Shown here: positions 10,276 to 20,055 of the stretch, piece by piece
How the letters are laid out: every line of letters begins with the position of its first letter
Position numbering within the stretch: position 1 is the first letter of the stretch
Assembly (NCBI GenBank): GCA_965219955.1
Contig: OZ244799.1
Location: forward strand, 1-64,000
DNA: 64,000 bases
Direction of reading: 5' to 3'
Source: a bacterium
GTDB lineage: Bacteria > UBA8248
Notes under the pieces: model-generated
What the model was told of the DNA's origin: nothing
Database searches by the model: none
Seen by the model: the letters and a program-made list of their open reading frames with translations, nothing else
Position numbers and translations under genes: made by a program

Positions 10276-11121
10276 TCAGGCCGCCCTGAACACGGAGTAG
10301 GAGTAGAGTTTCAACAGGTCGGCCGTGACGTCCATAAACTCCCCAATGGCCGCTGCGGATTCCGGTGCGCGGCGCTCGCCGACTTCCAGGAGGCTTTCGG
10401 ATTTCACTACTTCGAGGCCGTGTTTTTCCGTGAGGACAGAGAGGTCGTCGAAGCCCGTCACCCATTTCACCCCGAAGTTGCTTTCGAAAAGGTCCGTGAA
10501 TTCGCTGATTCTCTCATCGCCGGAGGTGCGGTTGATCACCTTTTCGGAGAGATAATCGAAAGCGAGGGTCATGTTGGGAACCTGCGCGCGCAATCGACTC
10601 AGGAAATCATGGATCAGGTCGAGCGGCAGGTACATGGTGTTGCCTTCCCATATGAGCAGGATGGGGGCTTCGAGGTCGAAGCCGGCCAGGCCGAGTTCTC
10701 CGGGGAGGTCGACTTCCAGGTAGTTGCACTCGATTCCGGCGCAGGGCGTGACGCCGCCCGCTTCGAGGACCTTGTTCTTGAACTGCAGGACCGCAGGCTG
10801 GTCGACGTCGCAGAACCTGACGCCTTCGGTCTGATAGATGTGCGCGCGCATGTCGAAGCCCGCGCCGAGCGAGACGATCTGTTTTACGCCGTCCGCGATG
10901 CCGCGCTCTATGATTTCGCTCATGGCGCAAACCCGGTAGCGAACCAGCTCCTTCGCGGGCGGGAAAACTTCTATCTGTTCCTGCACCTTCTTCTCAATTT
11001 CCTCGTTCACGAACCACACAGCGTAAGGATCGTCGAACAGCTTGTGTTCCTGCTCCTTCTCCATGGCGCGGATGGAGGATACGAAAAATGCGGTTGCGCC
11101 GACTTCGTTGATGATGTCCAC
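10276..11121 (-). CDS. SAM-dependent methyltransferase, LCM-like (copy 1)
   Basis: LFDDPYA, QIVSLGAGFDMR, IWEGNTMYL. Confidence 0.88.
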   Translation of the reverse strand: MDIINEVGATAFFVSSIRAMEKEQEHKLFDDPYAVWFVNEEIEKKVQEQIEVFPPAKELVRYRVCAMSEIIERGIADGVKQIVSLGAGFDMRAHIYQTEGVRFCDVDQPAVLQFKNKVLEAGGVTPCAGIECNYLEVDLPGELGLAGFDLEAPILLIWEGNTMYLPLDLIHDFLSRLRAQVPNMTLAFDYLSEKVINRTSGDERISEFTDLFESNFGVKWVTGFDDLSVLTEKHGLEVVKSESLLEVGERRAPESAAAIGEFMDVTADLLKLYSYSVFRAA

Positions 11122-11311
11122 AGCCTTGGCTCCATTGGATTGGGTATGCCGCTCCGAACCCCCGGGGTAAAGGGGCAGGGTGCGCCTGGTGTCGTCCTCG
11201 TACTCCCTCGTAAGACAAGACGGGATAATAGCCGAGTGCGGCGGGAGCGGGCAATGAAAAAATGGCGATTCTATGCTTCCGCGGCACCCCGGAGAATGGC
11301 CGAGGCCTTCC

Positions 11312-11737
11312 TCAGTCCACGACCGCTATCGCGTTGACCTCCACCAGGCACCTGGGGTCGGTGGCGAGGCGCACGACCTGGAGCGTGGTGGAGGCGGTCC
11401 GGTGGTCGCCGAAATACTCTTTCCGGATGGCCCCCGCCTCCTCGGCGCCCTCCATCGTCGTCGAGAAGAACTGGAAGAAGACGATGTCGCTGAACGCCCC
11501 GCCCACGGCCTCCAGGCTTTTCTTCAGGTTCTCGAGCGCCATGCGCGTCTGGGTGGGCAGATCGTCCGGCAGCGTGTCGAACTCCTCGGGCCGGTGGGGG
11601 TGGTGGTGATAGGGCGGCGCGGCGGTAACGCCCGCGAAATAGACGGTCGTCCCCCCGCTCGCCTTGATGGCCATCGAGTAGGGCGTCCAGACGTCGAGCC
11701 TGTCGGGCCAGTCCACACATTCAATCTGTTTCGGCAT
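11312..11737 (-). CDS. RidA/YjgF family protein
   Basis: PYSMAI, TVYFAG, QTRMALENL, YFG..ASTT..V..LA...LVEVNAIA. Confidence 0.85.
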   Translation of the reverse strand: MPKQIECVDWPDRLDVWTPYSMAIKASGGTTVYFAGVTAAPPYHHHPHRPEEFDTLPDDLPTQTRMALENLKKSLEAVGGAFSDIVFFQFFSTTMEGAEEAGAIRKEYFGDHRTASTTLQVVRLATDPRCLVEVNAIAVVD

Positions 11738-11914
11738 CCTGGGTCTCCTTCAGGAAGAAAAGGAATGACGGGTTTCTGCCAGCGCGTTTTTACCTGCCCG
11801 GATTTTTCTCACTCTCTCCCTTGAGGGTCAATCGCGACCGATGAAGGAGCGGTTGCGGTTTTCTCCGACCGGAGCGGGAAGGATTCTTCCGCAGGCGGCA
11901 ATCCCTCCTGACAA

Positions 11915-12180
11915 GGGGTTGTTGAAAAACCCCGAGGAGAGAGGAATCACTCCCCCTTGAGGGGCCTGTTGAAAAAGCCTGGTCTGCCCCTCCTCAAACC
12001 GCCAACACCTCTTTCCTCACCCTGAGTAGCCGCCGAAGGCGGCGTATCGAAGGGCGCGGAGAGTCGAACGCCTCGCGCAGGGTGAGGGCAAACACTCATT
12101 CATCAATCGCATTTGACCTTCGATACGCGGCTCCGCCGCTACTCAGGATGAGGCGGAAGGGGCTTTTTCAACAGCCCCGA
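11915..12180. mobile_element. Nested IS1182-end MITE(s) with palindromic cargo
   Basis: Left ends ggggttgttgaaaaac (11915) and gggcctgttgaaaaag (11962); right end ctttttcaacagcccc (to 12178); apparent tgag duplication; internal ccctgagtagccgccgaaggcggcgtatcgaaggg and its inverted partner. Confidence 0.7.
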
Positions 12181-12206
12181 TGAGGGATTGTTCACCGCCC
12201 GCCCCG

Positions 12207-13400
12207 CTACTCTGCCGGCAGGCCGGTGATTCTGGAGCTGATCTTGATGCGGTAGATGTGGTTGTTGCCGGCGCCGTGGAGGAACGAGATCACGTCGCGC
12301 AGGTATTTCTCGACGGGGCACTCGCGCATGTAGCCGAGTCCGCCGTGCACTTCGAGCGCGAGCCGGCAGACCTCATACGCGGCCTCCGAGCAGACCACCT
12401 TGGTGAGCCACGACATTTTGGGGTCGTACTCCTCGGCGTGATCCACCGCCCATGATGTCCGCCACAAGACCGAGCGCGCCGTCTCGAGCCTCGTGTACAT
12501 CTCCCCGATCATCTGGGCGACGGACTGATGGGCGCCGATGGGTTTTCCGCCCTGCACCCTTTCTTGTGAATAGCGCACGGCCTCCTCGAAGGTGGCCCGG
12601 CCCGCGCCCAGCACGGTCGCCCCGTAGCCGCCCCGCCCGCGCGCGATGCGGCTCGTGCGCAGCGCCTCGGCCTGGCCCTCTTCCTCCCCGAGCCGGTTGA
12701 CGGCGGGGACTTCCGCGTTCTCGAAGACGAGCGTGGCGTTGCTGAGAAGCCTCCTGCCCATCTTGTCGTGGACCCGGCCGACGCTCAGTCCCGGCGTGTC
12801 CGCGGGGACGAGGAAGGGCGTCATGCCCTTCAAGCCCCCTTGCGTCTTGTCGGTGCGCGTGTAGACGATGTAGAGCCTCGCCGTCCCGCCGTTGCTGATG
12901 AAGCTCTTGACGCCGCTGAGCCGATAGACGTCTCCTTTGCGCACTGCATTCATCTGCACGCCCGCGCCGGGTGCGTCGTAGGGGAGGACGTGATCGGTGC
13001 CCGCGTCCGGTTCCGTCATGCACGTCGCCAGGTGAAAGCGGTGGTCCGAGACGAACGCCGGGAGGAAGCGCTCCTTTTGCTCCTCGTTCGTCCAGTGTTC
13101 GAGGATGGGGGTGAACTTCCAGGTCTGATCGAAGGTGGCGGCCACGCCGAGGTCGCCGGCCCCGAGTTCCTCGCCCACGATGGAGAGGGTGAGCATGTCG
13201 GCCCCGCCGCCGCGCTCATCGGAAAGCGCCAGCGTGCGGAGGCCGAGCTTCGAGCCCTCCTCGACGACGTCGTAGGGGATGCAGTCGAGCGGGTCCGGGT
13301 TCTTGTCGTACTCCGCGGCGACGGGGCGCACGTGCCGCTCGACGTAATCGCGCGCGAGTTTCTGGAGCGCTTTTTGTTCGTCGGTCAGGGAAAAGTCCAT
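12207..13400 (-). CDS. Acyl-CoA dehydrogenase family protein
   Basis: MDFSLTDEQ start, CMTEPDAGTD, GVKSFISNG, DKMG, VHGGLGYMRE..VEKYLRD. Confidence 0.93.
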   Translation of the reverse strand: MDFSLTDEQKALQKLARDYVERHVRPVAAEYDKNPDPLDCIPYDVVEEGSKLGLRTLALSDERGGGADMLTLSIVGEELGAGDLGVAATFDQTWKFTPILEHWTNEEQKERFLPAFVSDHRFHLATCMTEPDAGTDHVLPYDAPGAGVQMNAVRKGDVYRLSGVKSFISNGGTARLYIVYTRTDKTQGGLKGMTPFLVPADTPGLSVGRVHDKMGRRLLSNATLVFENAEVPAVNRLGEEEGQAEALRTSRIARGRGGYGATVLGAGRATFEEAVRYSQERVQGGKPIGAHQSVAQMIGEMYTRLETARSVLWRTSWAVDHAEEYDPKMSWLTKVVCSEAAYEVCRLALEVHGGLGYMRECPVEKYLRDVISFLHGAGNNHIYRIKISSRITGLPAE

Positions 13401-13409
13401 CGGCCCTCC

Positions 13410-14183
13410 TCAAAGATTTCCGGCAATGAGACCTTCGCGCACCTTGGGCATGGTGACCGCCAGATCGAGAATCGGCAGCCCGTGGGAGGGCGCGACCACG
13501 GCGACGTCGAGCTCTTCGAGCAACGCTTCCAGGCGGTCCGAATAGATGTTCATGTCGGCGAAGCGCGTCCAGAACAGCGCCCGCTCCGCGAACACCCCCA
13601 GGACGTCCGCCAGATCGAGCGAGGTGGCCTCTTCGGCGATTTGTCCGCAGTGGCCGTCCCAGTGGTAGTGGCTGTAGGCGAAGCCGTCTCCCGGGAAGAG
13701 GGCGCGCGCGCCGGTGTCGAACCCCCAGAGCGAGGTTCTGAGGTCCCGGATGACGGGCTCGACGGCGATGAGCCGCCTGTCGCCCAGGTCGATCTCGTCG
13801 CCGACCTCCATGTGCTTCATCCTGTGCGCGTGTTCGGGGTAGGAGAGGTGGTAGTCGCTCACGTCGCAGTGGACCGTCATCTCGGGGTAGGCTTCGAGCA
13901 GCCTTCCGAGTCCGCCCGCGTGGGGCGTCTCCTGGTGGGAGAGGAAGAGATACTTGAGTTCCGAGCCGCGCTCGTCGAGTATCTCGCTCACCTGGCGGGA
14001 CACGACCGGGTAATCCCCCTGGTGGCCCGTCTCGACCAGCACCGAGCCTTCTTTGCCGATGAGGAGGAAGGCCGCATTGTAGCTGTGATAGATCTTTCCC
14101 TTGTGGTGCTGTTCGTGGCAGATGCCGAGCCAGAAGACGCCGGGAGCGATTTCGCGCGGGAGGGGATTGTTGTTCGTGTCCAT
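13410..14183 (-). CDS. Metallo-beta-lactamase-fold protein, flavodiiron/ODP-like
   Basis: YNAAFL, LVETG, SHQETPHAGG (variant of the flavodiiron HxExDH), LFPGDGF, APSHG. Confidence 0.75.
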   Translation of the reverse strand: MDTNNNPLPREIAPGVFWLGICHEQHHKGKIYHSYNAAFLLIGKEGSVLVETGHQGDYPVVSRQVSEILDERGSELKYLFLSHQETPHAGGLGRLLEAYPEMTVHCDVSDYHLSYPEHAHRMKHMEVGDEIDLGDRRLIAVEPVIRDLRTSLWGFDTGARALFPGDGFAYSHYHWDGHCGQIAEEATSLDLADVLGVFAERALFWTRFADMNIYSDRLEALLEELDVAVVAPSHGLPILDLAVTMPKVREGLIAGNL

Positions 14184-14185
14184 GA

Positions 14186-15076
14186 TTACCTTTCCATGTT
14201 GCGGGGAACGTAGCGCGGCGAGACGACGGAGCGATCCAGATCGCGCAGAACCTCATCGAGCACCGTGAACTGGCGTTCGACCTGTTCGCGCCCGAGGAGG
14301 ATGGCTCCGTACCCGGGGGCGATGTTCTCGATGTCGTAGCTCTCGAAGACGTCGGCGATGCCCTTGCGCATCGTTGCGGTCGCCACGCCCTCGAGCCACC
14401 AGTAGCGCGTGTTCAGCAGGAACGAGCGCACGAATGCGGAGGTCGTCACCGCTTCTTCCTCCACCGCCCAGGGGCCTTCGGGGTCGTCCCCCCAGACGTG
14501 GCTGAACATGTCCGAGGAGAAGAGGGTGCGGGTGGCCTCGTCGTAGATCCACATGGTGGTGATGAGGCGGATGGGCGCGTTGATGCCGCGGATGACGCGA
14601 CTCTCGTTGCCCCCGACGGTGCATTCGAGCTCGTTTCCGAGGACGGTCGTCGGGAATATCTGGTCCTCCTCGCTCTTGGGGCCGAATTCCTCCACGTCGA
14701 AATCGAGCCAGAAATCCATGTCGGGCCGCCGGGCGAAGCACTCCACCACGTTGAACTCCCTGGCGAGCGCGGCCGCGTTTCCCACGGACATGAACTCGTT
14801 GAGACGGAGCGGGTAGATGGAGAGCGGGGTGTCGGGCGTGATGATGGAGCCTATCTGCTCGAAGAGGGAATCCCTGTGCCCGCCATAGCCCGTGTCGAGG
14901 AGGATCGCGCCGTCTTTCTCGCAAAGGAGGTAGCAGTTGGACGGAGCGAACCCCCTGGCGCTCAGGGGATAGGCGCTGATGCGCCCGTCGAGCGCAAAGA
15001 CGTTGTGCAGGGCGTAGGCCTTGCCGCCGCCCAAGTCCGTGACGCCGCTGTAGGACAAGACGCTGCTGTCGGTCAT
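14186..15076 (-). CDS. MBL-fold protein with degenerate metal site
   Basis: NCYLL, ILLDTG, TRTLFSSDMF, IAPGYG; His motif replaced by PLRLNEFMS. Confidence 0.7.
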   Translation of the reverse strand: MTDSSVLSYSGVTDLGGGKAYALHNVFALDGRISAYPLSARGFAPSNCYLLCEKDGAILLDTGYGGHRDSLFEQIGSIITPDTPLSIYPLRLNEFMSVGNAAALAREFNVVECFARRPDMDFWLDFDVEEFGPKSEEDQIFPTTVLGNELECTVGGNESRVIRGINAPIRLITTMWIYDEATRTLFSSDMFSHVWGDDPEGPWAVEEEAVTTSAFVRSFLLNTRYWWLEGVATATMRKGIADVFESYDIENIAPGYGAILLGREQVERQFTVLDEVLRDLDRSVVSPRYVPRNMER

Positions 15077-15397
15077 GGATGAATGCCTCCGGTTGTCCCT
15101 AAGCGGAAAGCCGCAATTCCTCTCAAGCTCTTCGGGGTCCTTCGCACTTCGGGATTTTCATGATGCCGGCATTAGACAGGATTTGGAGGGCATTTGCACC
15201 CCGATCAGACCATTCGCTACGCGCTTCGCCCTGGCGTCCGTTCCGGCGGCGAAGCTCCACGACACACGCGGAACGCCCCGCCAATACGCCTGTTTGTGAA
15301 TTTCATCAAGAAATGGTATTATAAACTATACTTATCACCCACAGAAGTGGGGGTCCTACCTACCCCGTCATACCCACCCCTTGAAGGAGGGAAAACC

Positions 15398-16387
15398 ATG
15401 TCGAGCTTCAAACGCATTCTCGTCATCACAGCCGTACTGGTTTTATGGAGCGCCCCGGCACTGGCCATGAAGTTCCCCTCGAAGCCGATGGAACTGGTTT
15501 GCACCACATCGCCCGGGTCGAGCGTGGCGGTCTGGTGTCAGCTTCTCGCACAGGAGTTTCCAAAAGTGCTCGGCGTGCCCATGCGGGTGACCTTCAAGAG
15601 CGGCGGCTCGCAGCACGAGCCGGTTCTCTACGTCTCGGGCAAGCCCGCCGACGGGCACATCATCATGCACATCAGCGCGAGCTTCTACGGGTATTTCCAC
15701 CTGCCGCACTACAGGCGAACGTACAATGACTTCCAGACGCTGGCCCAGGTGGAGAAGCACGTCTACGGCGTCGCGGTGAAGTGCAACAACAAGTACGGCA
15801 TCAAGACGTTCGAGGATCTCGTCGCCTACGCCAAGAAGAACCCCGGCAAACTGTCGATGGGCTCGAACAAGAGAGGCTCCACCCACCACCGTCATCAGCT
15901 CGCCTTCCTGAAAGCCGCGGGCATCGGGGACAAAGTCAAGACGATCTTCTACCGGGGCGACGGCAACGTGGTGAAGGACGTACTCGGCGGCCATCTGCCC
16001 AGCGGGCAGGCCTCGCCGCGCACGTGGCGGCCGCACATCGAGGCGGGAACCATCTGCCCGCTCGTATCGCAGACCCACAAGCGCCTCTCGCACGACCCGA
16101 TCTGGAAGAACGTCCGGAGCGCGGTGGAAGTCGGCCTCAAATACGACCTCCCGCTCCACTGGCAGGGCCTCATGGTCAAACGGGGCACGCCTCCGGCAAT
16201 CATGAAAAAACTGGAAGAAGCCGTGTACAAGGTGACCAGCTCGCCCGACTACAAGGACTACCTCGCCAAGGGGACGCACATCGTCCTGGACGTCAAGACG
16301 GGCTCGGAGTGGCTCAACAAGGACATGGCGAAGAACCAGGCGGTCGTGAAACAATTCATGATCGACCACAATATCATCAAGAAGTAG
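15398..16387 (+). CDS. tctC: Tripartite tricarboxylate transporter substrate-binding protein (TctC/Bug)
   Basis: Signal peptide from ATG15398 (GGAGG RBS), FPSKP, PADGH, AKKNPGKLS, GTP; upstream of TctB and TctA genes. Confidence 0.85.
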   Translation: MSSFKRILVITAVLVLWSAPALAMKFPSKPMELVCTTSPGSSVAVWCQLLAQEFPKVLGVPMRVTFKSGGSQHEPVLYVSGKPADGHIIMHISASFYGYFHLPHYRRTYNDFQTLAQVEKHVYGVAVKCNNKYGIKTFEDLVAYAKKNPGKLSMGSNKRGSTHHRHQLAFLKAAGIGDKVKTIFYRGDGNVVKDVLGGHLPSGQASPRTWRPHIEAGTICPLVSQTHKRLSHDPIWKNVRSAVEVGLKYDLPLHWQGLMVKRGTPPAIMKKLEEAVYKVTSSPDYKDYLAKGTHIVLDVKTGSEWLNKDMAKNQAVVKQFMIDHNIIKK

Positions 16388-16436
16388 CTGGATTTGAGCC
16401 GACGGCGGATGGTTCCGCCGTCGGCAAGGCGCGGAC

Positions 16437-16985
16437 ATGACGGAACAAAGAGAAGAGCGCGCTGCGTCTCCCTATGAGTTGAAGGTTCCGATGAGGGCGG
16501 CGGTGCTGGCCACCACCGCCCTCATCCTGGGGGGACTCGCGTTTCTCTACTACGAAACCTATGCAATGCAGCCTCCCTACGAGCCGGGGTATCCGGGCGA
16601 CGCCTTTTTCCCCCGCCTGGCCCTGGGTTTCTCGATTATCTGGGCGGTGATCGTCCTGGGACGCGGGTTTTTCCTGCCCCCGGAGGCGCAGGCCGCAGGC
16701 GGCGAGGAGCCCTACCTCCGGGGGCATTGGCTGGAGTTCGTCTCCATCGTCGTTTTCGTTTACCTCTACGCGGTTCTGCTCGAGCCGATAGGGTTCGAGA
16801 TCATGACCATCGTGCTCATGATGTGCCTGCTGGTCCCGCGCATGCGGGTGGAATCGGCGCCGCGCGGCGCGCTGCTGCTGGGATTCGCGTTGTCTTTTGT
16901 GACGATGATCATCCTGTATCTGGGACTGGTGCCGATGCTGAAGATCCCCTTACCGCTTAAATTCCTGCCGGTCTATATCCTCTAG
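16437..16985 (+). CDS. tctB: TctB-family small permease
   Basis: Four hydrophobic segments, PG.AFFP, LEPIGF, C-terminal LKIPLP; sits between tctC and tctA. Confidence 0.8.
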   Translation: MTEQREERAASPYELKVPMRAAVLATTALILGGLAFLYYETYAMQPPYEPGYPGDAFFPRLALGFSIIWAVIVLGRGFFLPPEAQAAGGEEPYLRGHWLEFVSIVVFVYLYAVLLEPIGFEIMTIVLMMCLLVPRMRVESAPRGALLLGFALSFVTMIILYLGLVPMLKIPLPLKFLPVYIL

Positions 16986-17014
16986 GGCCGTAATCGATGG
17001 AAGGGCAGTGATAG

Positions 17015-18544
17015 ATGGAAGGAACTCTCGGGCACATATTCGCAGCGACCGGCCAACTCGCCTCGCCCGCCATTCTCGCGATCATGCTGGGGGGCGTCGC
17101 CATCGGCGTCCTCATGGGCGCCATGCCGGGTTTCGGCAGTTCCCAGGCGCTGGCCCTCCTTTTTCCCCTGACCTTCACGATGCCCGTGGAGCACGCGACC
17201 ATGTTCTTCCTCGCCGTCTATTCGGGGGTCGAATACGGAAGCTCCATTCCGGCCATCCTGATCCGCACGCCGGGGACGGGTGCGTCCGCCGTCACCGTGC
17301 TCGACGGCTACACCATGACCCGCAACGGTCTCGCGCGAAAGGCGCTGCGCATCTCCCTCTACTCGGGGGTGATCGGCGGCGTCACGAGCACGCTGATCTT
17401 CATCATCGCAGGCACCTCGCTCGGCAACGTCGCCTTGATGTTCGGGCCGGGCGAATTATTCGCGGTCGGCGTGTTCGGCCTGTCGATCGTGGCGAGCTTC
17501 TTCGGAAAAGACGCCGCGCGCGGTTTTCTCGCCACGGGCATCGGGCTGTTGCTGGCGACGGTCGGGAGTTCGGGCTTCGGCGGACTGCGGTTCACTTTCG
17601 ACCAGGGGTATCTGATGGACGGCATCCCGCTGGTCGTCGTCATCATCGCCTTCCTGGCCGGGCCCGAGGCGTTCAACCTCCTGGTGGAGCACAGGCGCAC
17701 CATCGAAAGCAAGGAAACCGCCGCCCAGGGCGCCGCCGATGAGCGCAACCGGATTCAGCGGTGGGAAGTCCGCAGGCTCATCCCCACATGGATTCGCGCG
17801 AGCCTGATCGGAACGGGTGTCGGCGCGGTTCCCGGAGCGGGCGGCTCCATCGCCGGCATGCTGGCCTACAGCGAGGAGAGGCGGTGGTCGAAGCGTTCGG
17901 AGGAGTTCGGCACCGGCATCATCGAGGGCGTCGCCGCGCCCGAGTGTTCGAACAACGCCCTGGTCGCAGGCACGCTCGTGCCCTCGCTCTCGCTCGGCAT
18001 TCCGGGTTCTGGCGGCGCGGCCATTCTGCTGGGCGTGCTGATCAGCAAGGGACTGGTTCCCGGGCCGCTGCTCTTCCGGGACAACGGGACGTTCGTGATG
18101 ACGGTGTTCATCGGCCTTTTCGTAATAAACCTCATGCTCCTTTGCACGGGACTCGTCGGCACCCGCGCCTTCAGCCTGGTCGCCAAGGTGCCCCGCCGCA
18201 TCCTGGGGCCGTTCGTCCTGATCCTCATCGTCGTCGGCAGCTACGTGTACGCGAACTACACGGCCCACGTCGTCATGGTGCTCATCCTGGGCGCGCTCGC
18301 CTATTTCTTCGAGAAGATCAACATTCCCGTCGTGCCCATCGTGCTCGCGTTCATCATGGGACCGATCATCGAGATCAACCTGAGCCGCGCGCTCACGATC
18401 TCGGGCGGGGACATGTGGGCGCTCCTGTCCAGCCCCATCACGGCGACCATTCTCGTGCTCTCCCTCATCACGGCGGTCTACAGCATGGCCGCGATGTTCC
18501 GGGCGGCGAGGCTCGGGATCACTGGCGGAACTCCCGCCGAATAG
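17015..18544 (+). CDS. tctA: TctA-family large permease
   Basis: GAMPG, EYGSSIPAILIRTPGT, GVAAPE, LSLGIPG, GLVPGP. Confidence 0.92.
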   Translation: MEGTLGHIFAATGQLASPAILAIMLGGVAIGVLMGAMPGFGSSQALALLFPLTFTMPVEHATMFFLAVYSGVEYGSSIPAILIRTPGTGASAVTVLDGYTMTRNGLARKALRISLYSGVIGGVTSTLIFIIAGTSLGNVALMFGPGELFAVGVFGLSIVASFFGKDAARGFLATGIGLLLATVGSSGFGGLRFTFDQGYLMDGIPLVVVIIAFLAGPEAFNLLVEHRRTIESKETAAQGAADERNRIQRWEVRRLIPTWIRASLIGTGVGAVPGAGGSIAGMLAYSEERRWSKRSEEFGTGIIEGVAAPECSNNALVAGTLVPSLSLGIPGSGGAAILLGVLISKGLVPGPLLFRDNGTFVMTVFIGLFVINLMLLCTGLVGTRAFSLVAKVPRRILGPFVLILIVVGSYVYANYTAHVVMVLILGALAYFFEKINIPVVPIVLAFIMGPIIEINLSRALTISGGDMWALLSSPITATILVLSLITAVYSMAAMFRAARLGITGGTPAE

Positions 18545-18816
18545 GCGGGGAAGATGGGGGCGCTCTCCCGGCTGTGGCAGTCTCATCAACGATATGCCCG
18601 AGCAGAATCGCTGCAGCGCCGTCGCCTGCGCCGTCAGCCGGGCCATCGGCGCCCGCACCTTCCGCATGCCCGCCGCCCCTGAGCCCGTGCTCTAGGTTCC
18701 AGATAAGCTGATGGTGGATTGAATTCGTTCTCCGGTGATTTGCCGGCGCGCCCTCGGTCGCCGCGTGAATTCCCGATAATCGAAAGACACTGATTTTTTG
18801 AGTTCAGGAGAAAATC

Positions 18817-19695
18817 ATGGGTGAAAAGCTGGGAATGATCGGACTGGGAAAGATGGGCCTCCCGCTCTCGCGGCAGATGATGGCGGACGGCCACGAGATC
18901 GTCGGCTACGACATCGACCCCGCGCGGATGAAGATGCTGGAGGAGGAAGGCGGGCGCCCCGCCGCTTCGGCGAAGGAAGTGGCCGGGCAAAGCGACATCA
19001 CGTTCAGCATTCTCTTGAAACCCGAGCACATCGAGGAAAACACGTTCGGCCCGAAAGGCATCGTCGCCGCCGGAAAGAAGGGCCTCATTCACGTCGAAAT
19101 GAGCACCATGGAGCCTTCCTTTCAGGCCGGCCTGGCTGAGCGGCTCGCCGCCGAGGGGGTCGAGATGCTGGATGCGCCGATATCGGGTTCCCACAACCGG
19201 GTCGATACGCGAACCATTTCCTTCATGGTGGGCGGCAAAAAAGAAGTCTTCGAGCGGGTATGGCCGATTCTGGATCCGCTGGCGGCGGATGCGGCCCACA
19301 CGGGTCCGAGCGGAACCGGGGCCACCATGAAGGTCGTGACCAACCTTTTCGTCAACTCGTGCACGGCGCTGTTCGCCGAGTTGATCGTGGTGGGCGAGCG
19401 CGCGGGGCTCTCGCATGAGATCATGGAGCATTGCCTCTCGAAGGGTTCCGTGCAGGGTTCCATGCTTTCACAGACCGCCCCCAGAATGTTCGAGAGAGAT
19501 TTCGCCCCGCGCGGGGCGGTGGAAATATTCGTGAAGGACATGGGCCTTGCGATCAAGCTTGCCGAGGAGCACGGTGTCGAACTCGCCGTCGTTCCCGCGG
19601 CGCGCAAGATGTTCGAGCGGGCCGAGGCCGCCGGCTGGGGCAAAGACGACGCCAGCCGCGTCATCGAGGTGTACGAAGGGAAGGATATGCAATAG
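18817..19695 (+). CDS. NAD(P)-dependent beta-hydroxyacid dehydrogenase (3-hydroxyisobutyrate dehydrogenase family)
   Basis: GMIGLGKMG, EMST, LDAPISG, FMVGG, MKVVTN, KDMGLA. Confidence 0.9.
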   Translation: MGEKLGMIGLGKMGLPLSRQMMADGHEIVGYDIDPARMKMLEEEGGRPAASAKEVAGQSDITFSILLKPEHIEENTFGPKGIVAAGKKGLIHVEMSTMEPSFQAGLAERLAAEGVEMLDAPISGSHNRVDTRTISFMVGGKKEVFERVWPILDPLAADAAHTGPSGTGATMKVVTNLFVNSCTALFAELIVVGERAGLSHEIMEHCLSKGSVQGSMLSQTAPRMFERDFAPRGAVEIFVKDMGLAIKLAEEHGVELAVVPAARKMFERAEAAGWGKDDASRVIEVYEGKDMQ

Positions 19696-19741
19696 CCCTT
19701 CGGGGGTGAAAGCCGGCGCTCGAGGGCGGTTCCGTCGGCAA

Positions 19742-19895
19742 GGAGGTTCACGCGGCGCAGACGTGATGGTTTTGTAGGGACAGGCCTCCGTGCCTGTCCC
19801 GACGAAGGACAACCACGAAGAGCAGGACAGGCACGGAGGCCTGTCCCTACGGCGAACAACCTCGATGGTCGGACAGGACTTTTTCAACAGCCCCC
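19742..19895. repeat. REP doublet (REPIN-like) with an IS1182-type right end; homologous to 60571-60773
   Basis: gtagggacaggcctccgtgcctgtcc (19774) and inverted copy ending ctac (19850); ctttttcaacagcccc end. Confidence 0.75.
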
Positions 19896-20055
19896 CAGAG
19901 GGTGGACTCGTCGGGTATTTACGTTCCCGGAAAATCGGCTGTTTCCAGATCAATACATCTGCATTCTCCATTTGTTTTGCTGGATGAATTCGTAATAGTC
20001 TTGAGTGGCATATTCAGACCGTAAAAATTGAATTTCATACAGTGGCGGGGGAAAT

